Shown here in pieces: positions 10,569 to 19,498 of a stretch of DNA of 40,000 nucleotides. This DNA is from Bacillus subtilis subsp. subtilis str. 168 (lineage in GTDB: Bacteria > Bacillota > Bacilli > Bacillales > Bacillaceae), in contig NC_000964.3 in NCBI RefSeq assembly GCF_000009045.1, forward strand, positions 1,323,732 to 1,363,731, in the 5' to 3' direction. Within the stretch, counting starts at the first letter, position 1; each line of letters opens with the position of its first letter. Position numbers and translations under genes: made by a program. The notes under the pieces are model-generated. The model did no database searches. It worked only from the letters and a program-made list of their open reading frames with translations, and had not been told where the DNA came from.

Positions 10569-10607
10569 AAAGATGAAACCAAACAATAGACAAGGGAGTT
10601 TTTTTAC

Positions 10608-11054
10608 ATGAGCGAGAAGAACGAAAACGTATATGATCTTTCCTTTTTTATGCCGGGAAAAACAATTGAAGCTGAGGAAATCAAAGTGCCGATCTCAAAG
10701 CGTTTTGTTGATAAAAAAGGGAATGTCATTCCGTTTATTTTAAAACCAATTACTACTGAACGGATTGATGAATTAGAGAAAGAAAACACCACATTTAAAA
10801 ATGTGAAAGGCCGCGGCCGTGTCAAAGATTTAGACTCCCAGCGCTTTTATGCGAGAATTGCCATCGAATCTACTATTTATCCTGATTTTCGTTCAAAAGA
10901 TTTAAGGGAAGCATACAAAACTGCGGATCCGGTAGAAGTTGCCAAACGTGTATTATCTGTTGGGGGAGAGTATGCGAACTGGCTGAATAAAGCAATTGAA
11001 ATCAATGGTTTTGAAGATGATCTTGAAGATCTAGAAGAAGAAGCAAAAAACTAG
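10608..11054 (+). CDS. xkdN: Tail assembly chaperone XkdN (lambda gpG-equivalent frame)
   Basis: 148-aa ORF between tube and tape measure; GGGAG-type RBS; ends in gcA AAA AAC TAG. Confidence 0.9.
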   Translation: MSEKNENVYDLSFFMPGKTIEAEEIKVPISKRFVDKKGNVIPFILKPITTERIDELEKENTTFKNVKGRGRVKDLDSQRFYARIAIESTIYPDFRSKDLREAYKTADPVEVAKRVLSVGGEYANWLNKAIEINGFEDDLEDLEEEAKN

Positions 11055-11233
11055 TAAAGGATGGCGATAAGGAAGCTGTGTATTTGTACTATGCAATGCA
11101 TGAGCTTCATTACTCGCCATCCCAACTTCTTGAATTATATGAAGCACCAAAACATTTTAAAGCTCTTTTATTTGGGTTGATAGGTTATAAGCTAGATCTA
11201 TTAGAAAAAGAATCAAGGAGAGGAGGGAACTAA
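10608..11233 (+). CDS. Predicted -1 programmed-frameshift product of xkdN (lambda gpGT-equivalent), about 208 aa
   Basis: Slippery heptamer A AAA AAC at 11045-11051 in the correct phase; the -1 frame is open for 60 codons: [60 protein letters not shown], stop TAA 11231-11233. Confidence 0.85.
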
Positions 11234-11234
11234 T

Positions 11235-14200
11235 ATCGCAAAATTAACAGCCCGTTTTGATCTCGAAGACAAGGTATCTAAAAAACTAAAACGGATACAT
11301 AAAGGATTCCAAGAGGTCGAAAAAAAAGTCAAAACCATTAATCGGCAAATCAAAATCAGTATCAGAGCGGAAGATCAGGCATTTTACCGGCTGAGAAAAA
11401 TAAACGACTATATCATTTTGAAATTCGCGAAATCGCTTGAAATTAAAGTTGTACTTGATGACCAAGTCACTTCAAAGCTTGATGCAATTGAAAGAAAACT
11501 TAAACGGCTGCCGAAAGAAACGAAGCTGACTGTCTCTTTGGTAGATCGGACAGCAGCTGCGTATAAAAAAATAAAGAAGATGCTTTCTAATCAAAAGCTA
11601 TCATTCCTTTTGATTCCAGATGACAAGGTTACTTCTACAGTTAAAAGGATTATCGGTTATATTAAGAAAAATTTGAAAAACGGATACACAGTAAAACTAA
11701 AGGTCATCGATGAAATCACCAAAACAGTTAATCGATTAACAGCCCTTCTAAGGAAATTTGAAAAAACCTATTATGTAAAAGTGGTTGTTAAGACAAAAAT
11801 ATCAGACAAAATCAATAAAAAAGAAAGCCTGATTAACAAAGAAACTTCTAAGAAAGAATCAGACAAATCCTCAGATAAAGGCTCTGATAAAAACTCAGAT
11901 CAAAAACCTGGATGGGTCGGAAAAATAAAAGGCTGGCTGAAGGATTGGTGGACAAAATCAGCTTGGCCTTGGATCAAAGATACGCTCAATGAAATAGGCA
12001 AAGCTTTTTTGGATCGTTTCAAAGAGAGATTGATAGAAAAGCTGAAAAATGATGTGTTTGATAAGATCATTGATAAAATTCTAGGACCACAAAAAAAGGA
12101 CGATTCTGGTGAAAATTCTGACACAGATAAAAAAGTCCTTAACCGTAATACAGGAGGAAATTGTTGCTGTGACTGCTGTGAAGGCGGTATCAGCCCGGGC
12201 ACTAAAAATAAAAAAACCTATAGAAAAAAGAAAAGTCCCACAAAGGCTCCAAACAGAACACTCAAGGTTCCTGGAGAGGTGATAAGAAGACGCCAGAGCG
12301 GCACACCTGCTGAAAGTGCACCTAGGACCTCGGGTTCCAAGTTAAAGAACTGGCTTGGAGGCTTAAAATCGCTAGGGAAGGATTCATCTAAACTAGGTAA
12401 AGCGTTCAGAGGAATGGGAAAGGCTGTTCCATACGTAGGATCTGCTTTAGCAGTGTTTGATTTAGCTGGAATCAATAAAGATAATGCTGGCGAAAAGGTT
12501 GGTTCAATTGGAGGACGTATTGCCGGAGCGGAAGCTGGTGCAACAGCCGGAGCGGAAGCTGGTGCAACGATTGGATCTTTCGTTGGTCCGGAAGGTACAG
12601 CAATCGGCGGCGCAATCGGCGGAATTGGCGGCGGGTTAGTAGGCGGAATCGGCGGCGAAGAAGCAGGTAAGAACATTGGTAAGATGTTTGATACTTCTAA
12701 GTTAAAGGAGAGCATAAGCAATTCACTATTTAACAAAGAGTGGTGGAGTGGAAAATGGAACTCCATTTCTGATACTGCCAATGGGGCTATTACTTGGATT
12801 GAAGATACATGGAGTAAAGTTTCAACTTGGTTTGACCAGTATGTGTTTACACCTATATATAATGTTGCTGTACCTGTAATTAATTTTATAGTAGGATTGT
12901 TTGCCTATGCCTGGGATGGCATATTGGCAGTATGGAACATTGTCTACCCGTGGTTTAAGGATAACGTGTGGGATCCAATAAGCGGAGCAGTTACTAATGT
13001 TGCTACAACGATATGGACTGGATTGTGCAACGCCTGGACGGTTATTTCAGGCATATGGTCTACTGTTTCAACATGGTTTATGGACAATGTGTGGAATCCT
13101 GTAAGTGAAGCCGTAACCACTGCGGCAACATGGATTTGGAGTAAGATCAATGATGCATGGACAATAATTTCCAATATTTGGACAGGAGTATCGAATTGGT
13201 TTTATGATAATGTATGGAACCCGATCGTCAAAAAAGTAGAAGATATTAAAACTTCAATAAAAGAAAAATTCGATGATGCAAGGAAATTTTTTGAGGATGC
13301 ATGGGATGGAATTGAAACTTGGTTTAATGAACATGTGAAAGATCCATTGGTTAAAGTATCAGAGAAAATTGCTGAGAAATTTCAATGGCTATTCGATTTA
13401 AAAGATTCAGTTGGTGGTTTCGTTGCAAAAGTAATACACAGGGGGGAAGAAGTTACTCACCTCAAGAAAAAACCAATCAAAAAGGATTCGAAAGAGAAAA
13501 AAACTAGTTCCAAACCAACTACTAATAACATTTTTGCTCAATCTCCATCAAATAATAATATGACTGTTTTTCAACAAGCACTAGATCAGAACGCCACAGG
13601 CGGCTACATCACCAAACCAACCATCTCGTGGATCGGTGAAGCCGGCAAGGAATTCGTTATCCCGGTTGATAACAACCGAGGCCGGGGGAAGATGCTTCTT
13701 TCACAAGCGGCGTCTAAGCTGGGTATGCAAGTTGTAGACGACATGGGCGCAGCTTCGTCTTCTGGCGGAAGTCCAGCATCTGTTTCAGGAGGAGCAGCTG
13801 TCAGTCCTCTATCAGGCACAGCCTCCCCAGTAATGAACACTGCAAATCTTACAGGCCAAGCGTCCACACTCGGACAGCAATTTTCAGAAGGCTTTGGTAA
13901 AGGCATCAGCGATCAGCCGGTCAAAATGGAAGACTGGAAAAAGAAAAACATCAATACACCATTTACACAAATGATTTCTGCTTCACCAAATTACGGTAAA
14001 CAAATGGTAAGTGGGTATGCCAAGGGCCAAAGCGGCACTGCAACCGGAACAGACGGCTTTTTGCAATCAAAAGTTAAAACGCCGTTCCAAGCCACTGTGA
14101 GCAAATCGTCTTCATGGGGCACAGGAACGGTCAAAGGCTTTGCGCAAGGACAAAATTCAACCCAAACAGGGACTGCACAGTATGTGAGTACACATGTTGA

Positions 14201-15233
14201 CAAACCGTTCCTGCGTTCAAAAGACACATCGAACAGCTGGGGCTCCGGTTTGATTGGAAACTTTGTGACAGGCATGAATTCTAAATCCAGTGAAGTAAAA
14301 CAAGCAGCAAAGGATATGGCCAAGAGAGTGGAGCAGGCTTTCCGTGAAGAATTAGATATCCATTCACCTTCTCGAGTCATGATGAGCTTGGGGCGTTTTG
14401 CCTCTGTCGGTGTTGTAAAAGGACTGGATTCTGTCGATGTGAAAAAATACGCAGAAAAACAAGCCGGTTCATTGGCAGCTGCTTATTCCGGAATGGGTGC
14501 AGTAGGGGGAAATGTGAAACAGTGGCTTATGGCAGCAATAATGGCCACAAAGACACCATTGAGCTGGCTCTCGGGATTAATGACGATTGCACAGTATGAA
14601 TCAGGGGGCAACCCGAACTCTATTAACCTGTGGGATAGCAACGCGAAGGCGGGAAATCCATCACAAGGACTCATGCAGACAGTTCCAACCACATTTAATG
14701 CTCATAAAGCACCGGGCATGGGTAACATTAGAAATCCGATTCACAACGCTGCTGCCGCGATCGGCTATATCAAAAGCAGATACGGCTCAATTGATAATGT
14801 ACCTGGCATTAAAAGCCTGAAACGTGGCGGTCCTTATGTCGGTTATGCAAACGGCGGGCTGATCACGAAAGAACAAATTGCCCGTGTCGGTGAAGGAAAC
14901 AAGCGGGAATGGATCATCCCAGAGGAACGGGGCATCCGCGGTCGCTACCTTCTTCAGAGAGCGGCACAGGCTCTTGGTATGGAAGTGACAGATCCGTCTC
15001 AATCCCAGCAGTCTGAGCTTTCTTCAGGACAAGTTTCAGCTGTTACCTCGGCTAGCCGGCCGACTGCAGCGGTTTCTGGATCAAAAGAGATTTATATTCA
15101 ATTTAACGGTGACCAGCACTTCCATAATGGACAAGACGCCGAAAGCCTAGCGGCGAAGATCAAGCAGGCGCTTATAGATGAACTGCAAAAGGATATCAAT
15201 ATTGGAACGAAGGGAGTCGTTGCATTTGACTAA
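11235..15233 (+). CDS. xkdO: Tail tape measure protein XkdO with embedded lytic transglycosylase-like domain
   Basis: Open frame continues 61 codons upstream of the track start (TTG 11418) to an ATC at 11235, placed about 7 nt after GAGGAGGG. Reads (M)[37 protein letters not shown]... 1332 aa total. SLT-like segment [43 protein letters not shown]. The gene itself is certain; the start codon is inferred. Confidence 0.88.
12522..12569 (+). repeat. Two tandem copies of a 24-bp repeat inside xkdO (GCCGGAGCGGAAGCTGGTGCAACA/G)
   Basis: 23 of 24 bases identical between 12522-12545 and 12546-12569; encodes [16 protein letters not shown]. Confidence 0.9.
12828..13442 (+). repeat. Array of diverged 123-nt (41-aa) repeats in xkdO, consensus WF.DNVWNPI...
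   Basis: WF codons at 12828, 12951, 13074, 13197 and 13320, exactly 123 nt apart; two central units (12951, 13074) closely similar. Confidence 0.88.
13956..14324 (+). repeat. Second array of diverged 41-aa repeats in xkdO, (T/K)PF...G....G...G..S
   Basis: TPF/TPF/KPF codons start at 13956, 14079 and 14202, 123 nt apart. Confidence 0.8.
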
Positions 15234-15885
15234 ATCCGTATATGAATTTTGGATTTCACAAGGGAAGGACAAGCTGCGGCTCCCCGTTCTTCCCGACCAG
15301 CTGAGTATTTCAAATACAGTTCAGAATGAGACGGTTAAAGTAGCCAAGTTCGGTGACCTTACATTTATTGACGAGCAGGGAGCGAAAGAAATTTCGTTCT
15401 CTTCTTTTTTTCCGAAGAAATACAGTCCGATAGCAGAATATCAAAACTTCCCGTCGCCGGAAAATGCGATAACAAAAATTGAAAAATGGATGAAGGCCAA
15501 AAAACCGGTTCAGTTTTTGATTACGGGAACTAAAGTGAATTTAACATGCAGTATTGAAGGTTTTTCCTATAGCGAAGGCCAGCAGGATATAGGTGATCGT
15601 TCCTTTGATATTCAATTAAAAGAATACAAAACCGCTTCCCCGCGGAAAATCAAGCAGAAGAAAAAAACAAAGGCAAAACGTCCGTCGAAGGCTGCGCCGA
15701 AGACGTACACAGTGAAAAAGGGAGACACGCTATGGGACATTGCAGGCAGATTTTACGGGAACAGCACCCAATGGCGCAAAATTTGGAATGCCAATAAAAC
15801 AGCAATGATCAAACGAAGCAAACGGAACATCAGGCAGCCGGGCCACTGGATTTTTCCCGGCCAAAAATTAAAGATACCGCAATGA
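15226..15885 (+). CDS. xkdP: Baseplate/tail protein XkdP with C-terminal LysM domain
   Basis: LysM motif [38 protein letters not shown] at 15226 is preceded by AGGGAG; the track start 15178 lies inside xkdO without an RBS. Confidence 0.9.
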
Positions 15886-15897
15886 AACAGGTGATGT

Positions 15898-16878
15898 ATG
15901 ATGATAGAACTGTTCGTCATTAAAGACACAGAGTGGCTTGAGCTGGTTGCAGAAAGCGTATCGCTTGAAGGCCATCGTTATCAGGCGCCGCGTTCCATTG
16001 AAGCAACCATCGTCACCAAGCAGGGCGACCAGACGTATTACAGTGTCTCAGAAGGAGATACGGTCTTGTTTAAATGGAAGGGAAAAGAGCTGTTTCGGGG
16101 CATTGTTTTTGCAAGAACCCCGGACGAGCATACGCTTGCCTTCAGCGCTTATGACATGCTGCAGTACCTGGTCAAAAACCAGGATATGTACGTGTTTTCC
16201 AATCAGCGGGCCGACCAGATCATCAGAAGGATTGCGAGTGACTTCCAGATACCGACAACCTCGATCGCAAACACAGGCCATACGATCAAAAGTCTTGTCA
16301 TTAAAAATGATACGACATTGTATGACATCATATTAAAAGCGCTGAAACAGACGAAAAGCCAGACAGGACGACATTACCAGCTGTATTCGGAAAAAGGAAA
16401 GCTCGGCCTGCGCGCTTGGCCAGATCCGTCAGAGGTATGGGTGCTTGAAACGGGCGTCAATATCACGGGCTACCAATACAGCACTTCTATAAACGACACT
16501 GCTACTCGGGTGGTGCTTCGCCGGCAGAAGGACAATAAGACATATAAAGCCTCTGCCAAGGACAGTTCAGGCTTAAATAAATACGGTGTGCTTCAATATA
16601 CGGAAACGGTCACAGATGACATCAACCAGGCACAGCTTCAGCAGCGGGCAGATGTACGCCTTGCTGAAAAAAAGGGCGTGAAAAAAGAACTGAAAAATAT
16701 TCAGGCAGTGGGCATCCCAGAAGTGCAGAGCGGCTTGCCTGTCTATATTTCGATTCCGGAGGCCGGCATCAAGAAAACCTATTGGGTAGATACGGACCGG
16801 CATGAATTTAAAGGAACGAAACATACGATGACGATCGATGTTGTCGAAAAGAATACGATGCCGGAAGGAGTTTCCTGA
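15898..16878 (+). CDS. xkdQ: Tail hub protein XkdQ (gpD/gp27-like)
   Basis: 326-aa ORF, late control D-like protein after the LysM protein; start may be ATG 15898 or 15901. Confidence 0.88.
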   Translation: MMIELFVIKDTEWLELVAESVSLEGHRYQAPRSIEATIVTKQGDQTYYSVSEGDTVLFKWKGKELFRGIVFARTPDEHTLAFSAYDMLQYLVKNQDMYVFSNQRADQIIRRIASDFQIPTTSIANTGHTIKSLVIKNDTTLYDIILKALKQTKSQTGRHYQLYSEKGKLGLRAWPDPSEVWVLETGVNITGYQYSTSINDTATRVVLRRQKDNKTYKASAKDSSGLNKYGVLQYTETVTDDINQAQLQQRADVRLAEKKGVKKELKNIQAVGIPEVQSGLPVYISIPEAGIKKTYWVDTDRHEFKGTKHTMTIDVVEKNTMPEGVS

Positions 16879-17144
16879 TGAGATTAAGTGAGGCTATAAA
16901 ACATTTGGCAGTCGGCGCAGTTGACGCTGAGTCTCCGGTAGAACTGCTCCCGGCTGAAGTCGTTTCGGTTTCTCCTGTGGAAATCAAATTAAAAGAAAAC
17001 AGCAAACTGATCATACCGGAAGACGCCATCATTATCCCAAAACGAATGCAGTCCGGAGGAGACGATGCACTCGAGCCGGGGGATCGCCTCATGACCGCGG
17101 CTCTGACTGGCGGGCAATCGTTTTTTATTTTAGATAAGGTATAG
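16878..17144 (+). CDS. xkdR: Baseplate protein XkdR (DUF2577-like)
   Basis: 88-aa ORF, ATGA-type overlap with xkdQ. Confidence 0.85.
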   Translation: MRLSEAIKHLAVGAVDAESPVELLPAEVVSVSPVEIKLKENSKLIIPEDAIIIPKRMQSGGDDALEPGDRLMTAALTGGQSFFILDKV

Positions 17145-17146
17145 AC

Positions 17147-17176
17147 AAACCGCTTCAGTACGAAGGGGTTTTTATT
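17147..17176 (+). terminator. Weak terminator-like stem-loop between xkdR and xkdS
   Basis: AAACCgCTTC-AGTAC-GAAGgGGTTT-TTATTT, one internal mismatch. Confidence 0.5.
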
Positions 17177-17191
17177 TAGCATGTAAAAGGA

Positions 17192-17626
17192 GTGGGCAAC
17201 ATGGCCCTGACACCAGAAGTGGAGTTTGAAGATATTGAAGTTGAGAGCGAAGTCATTGAAACCTCGCAAACGTACAAAATAGATTTTGAAAACGGAAGAA
17301 TTACGAATGAGCTGATTACCGGGCTTGAAGCGATCAGGCAGTTCGTGTATATCGCCTTACAGACAGAACGCTATGCATATTCCATATACAGCCATAATGT
17401 CGGAAACGAGCTTCAGGACGTGCTGACAGATCATGAGACGACTGATGCGTATAAAAAGATGGAGATTCCGAGACTGATAGAAGAGGCGCTGGTTTATGAT
17501 GACCGGATATCTGCTGTAACAGATTTTGAGATTGAAAAACAAGGCGACGCGTTTCATGTGTCCTTCGTGGTGGAGACGGATGAAGGAACGCTTGAGATTG
17601 AGGAGGTGATTGGCGAAGATGTTTGA
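17192..17626 (+). CDS. xkdS: Baseplate wedge protein XkdS (DUF2634, gp25-like)
   Basis: 144-aa ORF; [45 protein letters not shown]. Confidence 0.9.
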   Translation: MGNMALTPEVEFEDIEVESEVIETSQTYKIDFENGRITNELITGLEAIRQFVYIALQTERYAYSIYSHNVGNELQDVLTDHETTDAYKKMEIPRLIEEALVYDDRISAVTDFEIEKQGDAFHVSFVVETDEGTLEIEEVIGEDV

Positions 17627-18665
17627 AGATCAGACTTTTGAAGCGATTATGGAGCGTATGCTGAACAGCATTTCCGCAGATATTGACACAAGAGAAGGCA
17701 GCGTCATTTATAATGCGTTAGCCCCGGCGGCGGCCGAGCTTGCGAAGTCTTATATATGGCTGGATACTGTGCTTGAGCTAGTTTTTTCTGATACCGCACA
17801 AGGCGAATTTTTAGACAGGCGTGCAGCGGAAGCGGGAATTGAACGGACAGCCGCGACAAAGGCGGTCAGAGCGGGAGAGTTTACATCTGGAGTTACTATT
17901 CCTGTCGGCTCCCGCTTTTACGTGGATAATCTTTATTTTCAATATACGGCAGACGGGACGCTCATCTGTGAAACACCTGGTGAAGCGGGAAACGCCAATC
18001 TGACCGGACGCAATTTACTGTCATTGGATACCATTCCCGGTTTAGAAACGGCCATTGTCAAAGAAATCCTGATTCCGGGGCGCGAGGAAGAGGGAGATGA
18101 CAGCTTGCGAGAACGGTATTTTACAAGGGTTCGGCGTGAGGCCGTCAGTGCCAATAAAATGCATTATAAAGAGTGGGCTGAGGAAGTGGACGGTGTGGGA
18201 AAGGCAAAGATCTTCCCGCTTTGGAACGGTGAAGGCACGGTCAAAATTGTCGTCACCAATGCGAATCTTGAGCCCGCTTCTCCTATTTTAATTCAAAAAG
18301 TGAAAGATTATATCGACCCTGAACCAGGACAGGGAGAGGGACAGGCGCCAATCGGAGCCGTTGTCACGGTGGAAAGCGCGGTCTGGAAGGAAGTTGAGAT
18401 TTCTGCCGAAGTGCTGCCTGAGATCAATCACTCAATTGATGAAGTGAAGTCGGAAATTGAGGAAGGCGTTTTAAACTTCTTTAAAAAAATGGCGTTTGAA
18501 GACAACGTTATCCGCCTTTCTCAAATTAACAATATCGTCTATAATTCACCATCAGTCAGTGACTACTCCAATATTCAAATCAACGGCACGTCTGAAAATC
18601 TGGTGCTGAGCGACGTGGAAATTCCTAAGCTTGGGCAGGTGAAGATCATTGAGCAAACAAGATGA
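17619..18665 (+). CDS. xkdT: Baseplate J-like protein XkdT
   Basis: 348 aa from ATG 17619 (AGGAGGTG at about 17601-17608); baseplate J family sequence [21 protein letters not shown]... Confidence 0.92.
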   Translation: MFEDQTFEAIMERMLNSISADIDTREGSVIYNALAPAAAELAKSYIWLDTVLELVFSDTAQGEFLDRRAAEAGIERTAATKAVRAGEFTSGVTIPVGSRFYVDNLYFQYTADGTLICETPGEAGNANLTGRNLLSLDTIPGLETAIVKEILIPGREEEGDDSLRERYFTRVRREAVSANKMHYKEWAEEVDGVGKAKIFPLWNGEGTVKIVVTNANLEPASPILIQKVKDYIDPEPGQGEGQAPIGAVVTVESAVWKEVEISAEVLPEINHSIDEVKSEIEEGVLNFFKKMAFEDNVIRLSQINNIVYNSPSVSDYSNIQINGTSENLVLSDVEIPKLGQVKIIEQTR

Positions 18666-19227
18666 CATGCGAGCTTATCTGCCGCCGTTTCTCACCAGCC
18701 TTAAAGAAATGGCCGAGCTGCTGAAAGCGGAAGCGCCTGAGTTTGATAAACAAAATGACAGCATATTTGATCTGACGGATCAGTTATTCGTACCGACGGC
18801 GACTTGGGGGCTCAGCCGCTGGGAAAAAATTTTAAACGTCCCGCGGGAATCAGGCGACACTGATGAGATCAGACGATTGCGGCTCATTTCCAAAATGTCG
18901 AACATCCCGCCAATCACATACAGGGCCATTGAGCAGGCGGTAAACCGTTTCTTGAAAAACCCGTCTGCACAGGTCCGCCTGCTTCCCGGCGAATACCGAT
19001 TTAACGTCGATATCAATGTTGATGACCTCCAGCACATGAATGAGCTGATCGAAGCGATAGAAAACATGAAACCCGCTCATTTGGCGTATACGCTCAGAGG
19101 CGGATTGAATGAGACGCTGCGAATCAAAGATACAGTCATCCTGAATCACCGCAGATACCGAACAGCCAGTGAGCTCAAGGTCGGTTATTCTGTCACTCTT
19201 AACAACAATGAGGTGGTTTTAACTTGA
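18649..19227 (+). CDS. xkdU: Tail wedge protein XkdU (DUF2313/YmfQ-like)
   Basis: 192-aa ORF overlapping xkdT; [42 protein letters not shown]-type C-terminus. TTG 18649 or ATG 18667 possible. Confidence 0.88.
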   Translation: MSKQDDMRAYLPPFLTSLKEMAELLKAEAPEFDKQNDSIFDLTDQLFVPTATWGLSRWEKILNVPRESGDTDEIRRLRLISKMSNIPPITYRAIEQAVNRFLKNPSAQVRLLPGEYRFNVDINVDDLQHMNELIEAIENMKPAHLAYTLRGGLNETLRIKDTVILNHRRYRTASELKVGYSVTLNNNEVVLT

Positions 19228-19496
19228 TTTCAACCATATACAGAGAACGCACAGCGGCTGATCTAAAAAGCAGAATCGATCACGTGCTGCTCAACGGCCA
19301 AAAAACAGAAATAGTAGAGCTCGCCATTGACGGTGCGACAGTCACCGTTCTGACAAAACGTGAGGAAGACATCAAGCATATTGAAACGGTACAAATTTTT
19401 GACGAGCTGGGCAATGTGATCACAGAGAGAAAGACTGACCTGGACGTCAGCGAAAACAGAACACTCGATTTCAGATTTACTTTTGAGGTGGTGTAA
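19224..19496 (+). CDS. Small conserved tail-region protein between xkdU and xkdV
   Basis: 90-aa ORF overlapping xkdU by 4 nt. Confidence 0.78.
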   Translation: MISTIYRERTAADLKSRIDHVLLNGQKTEIVELAIDGATVTVLTKREEDIKHIETVQIFDELGNVITERKTDLDVSENRTLDFRFTFEVV

Positions 19497-19498
19497 AC

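Noticed and set aside
12218-12781. 187-aa Pro/Ala-rich minus-strand ORF opposite xkdO
   Set aside because: Its composition ([16 protein letters not shown]) is simply the reverse complement of the glycine-zipper codons of xkdO.
12828-14324. Regularly spaced repeats considered as a CRISPR-like or DNA-level array
   Set aside because: The 123-nt period is entirely in coding phase and conserved at protein level; there is no near-identical DNA repeat with unique spacers. No CRISPR array seen in the window.
15178-15225. Track start for xkdP, giving 16 extra residues
   Set aside because: Lies inside xkdO without RBS; TTG 15226 follows AGGGAG with good spacing.
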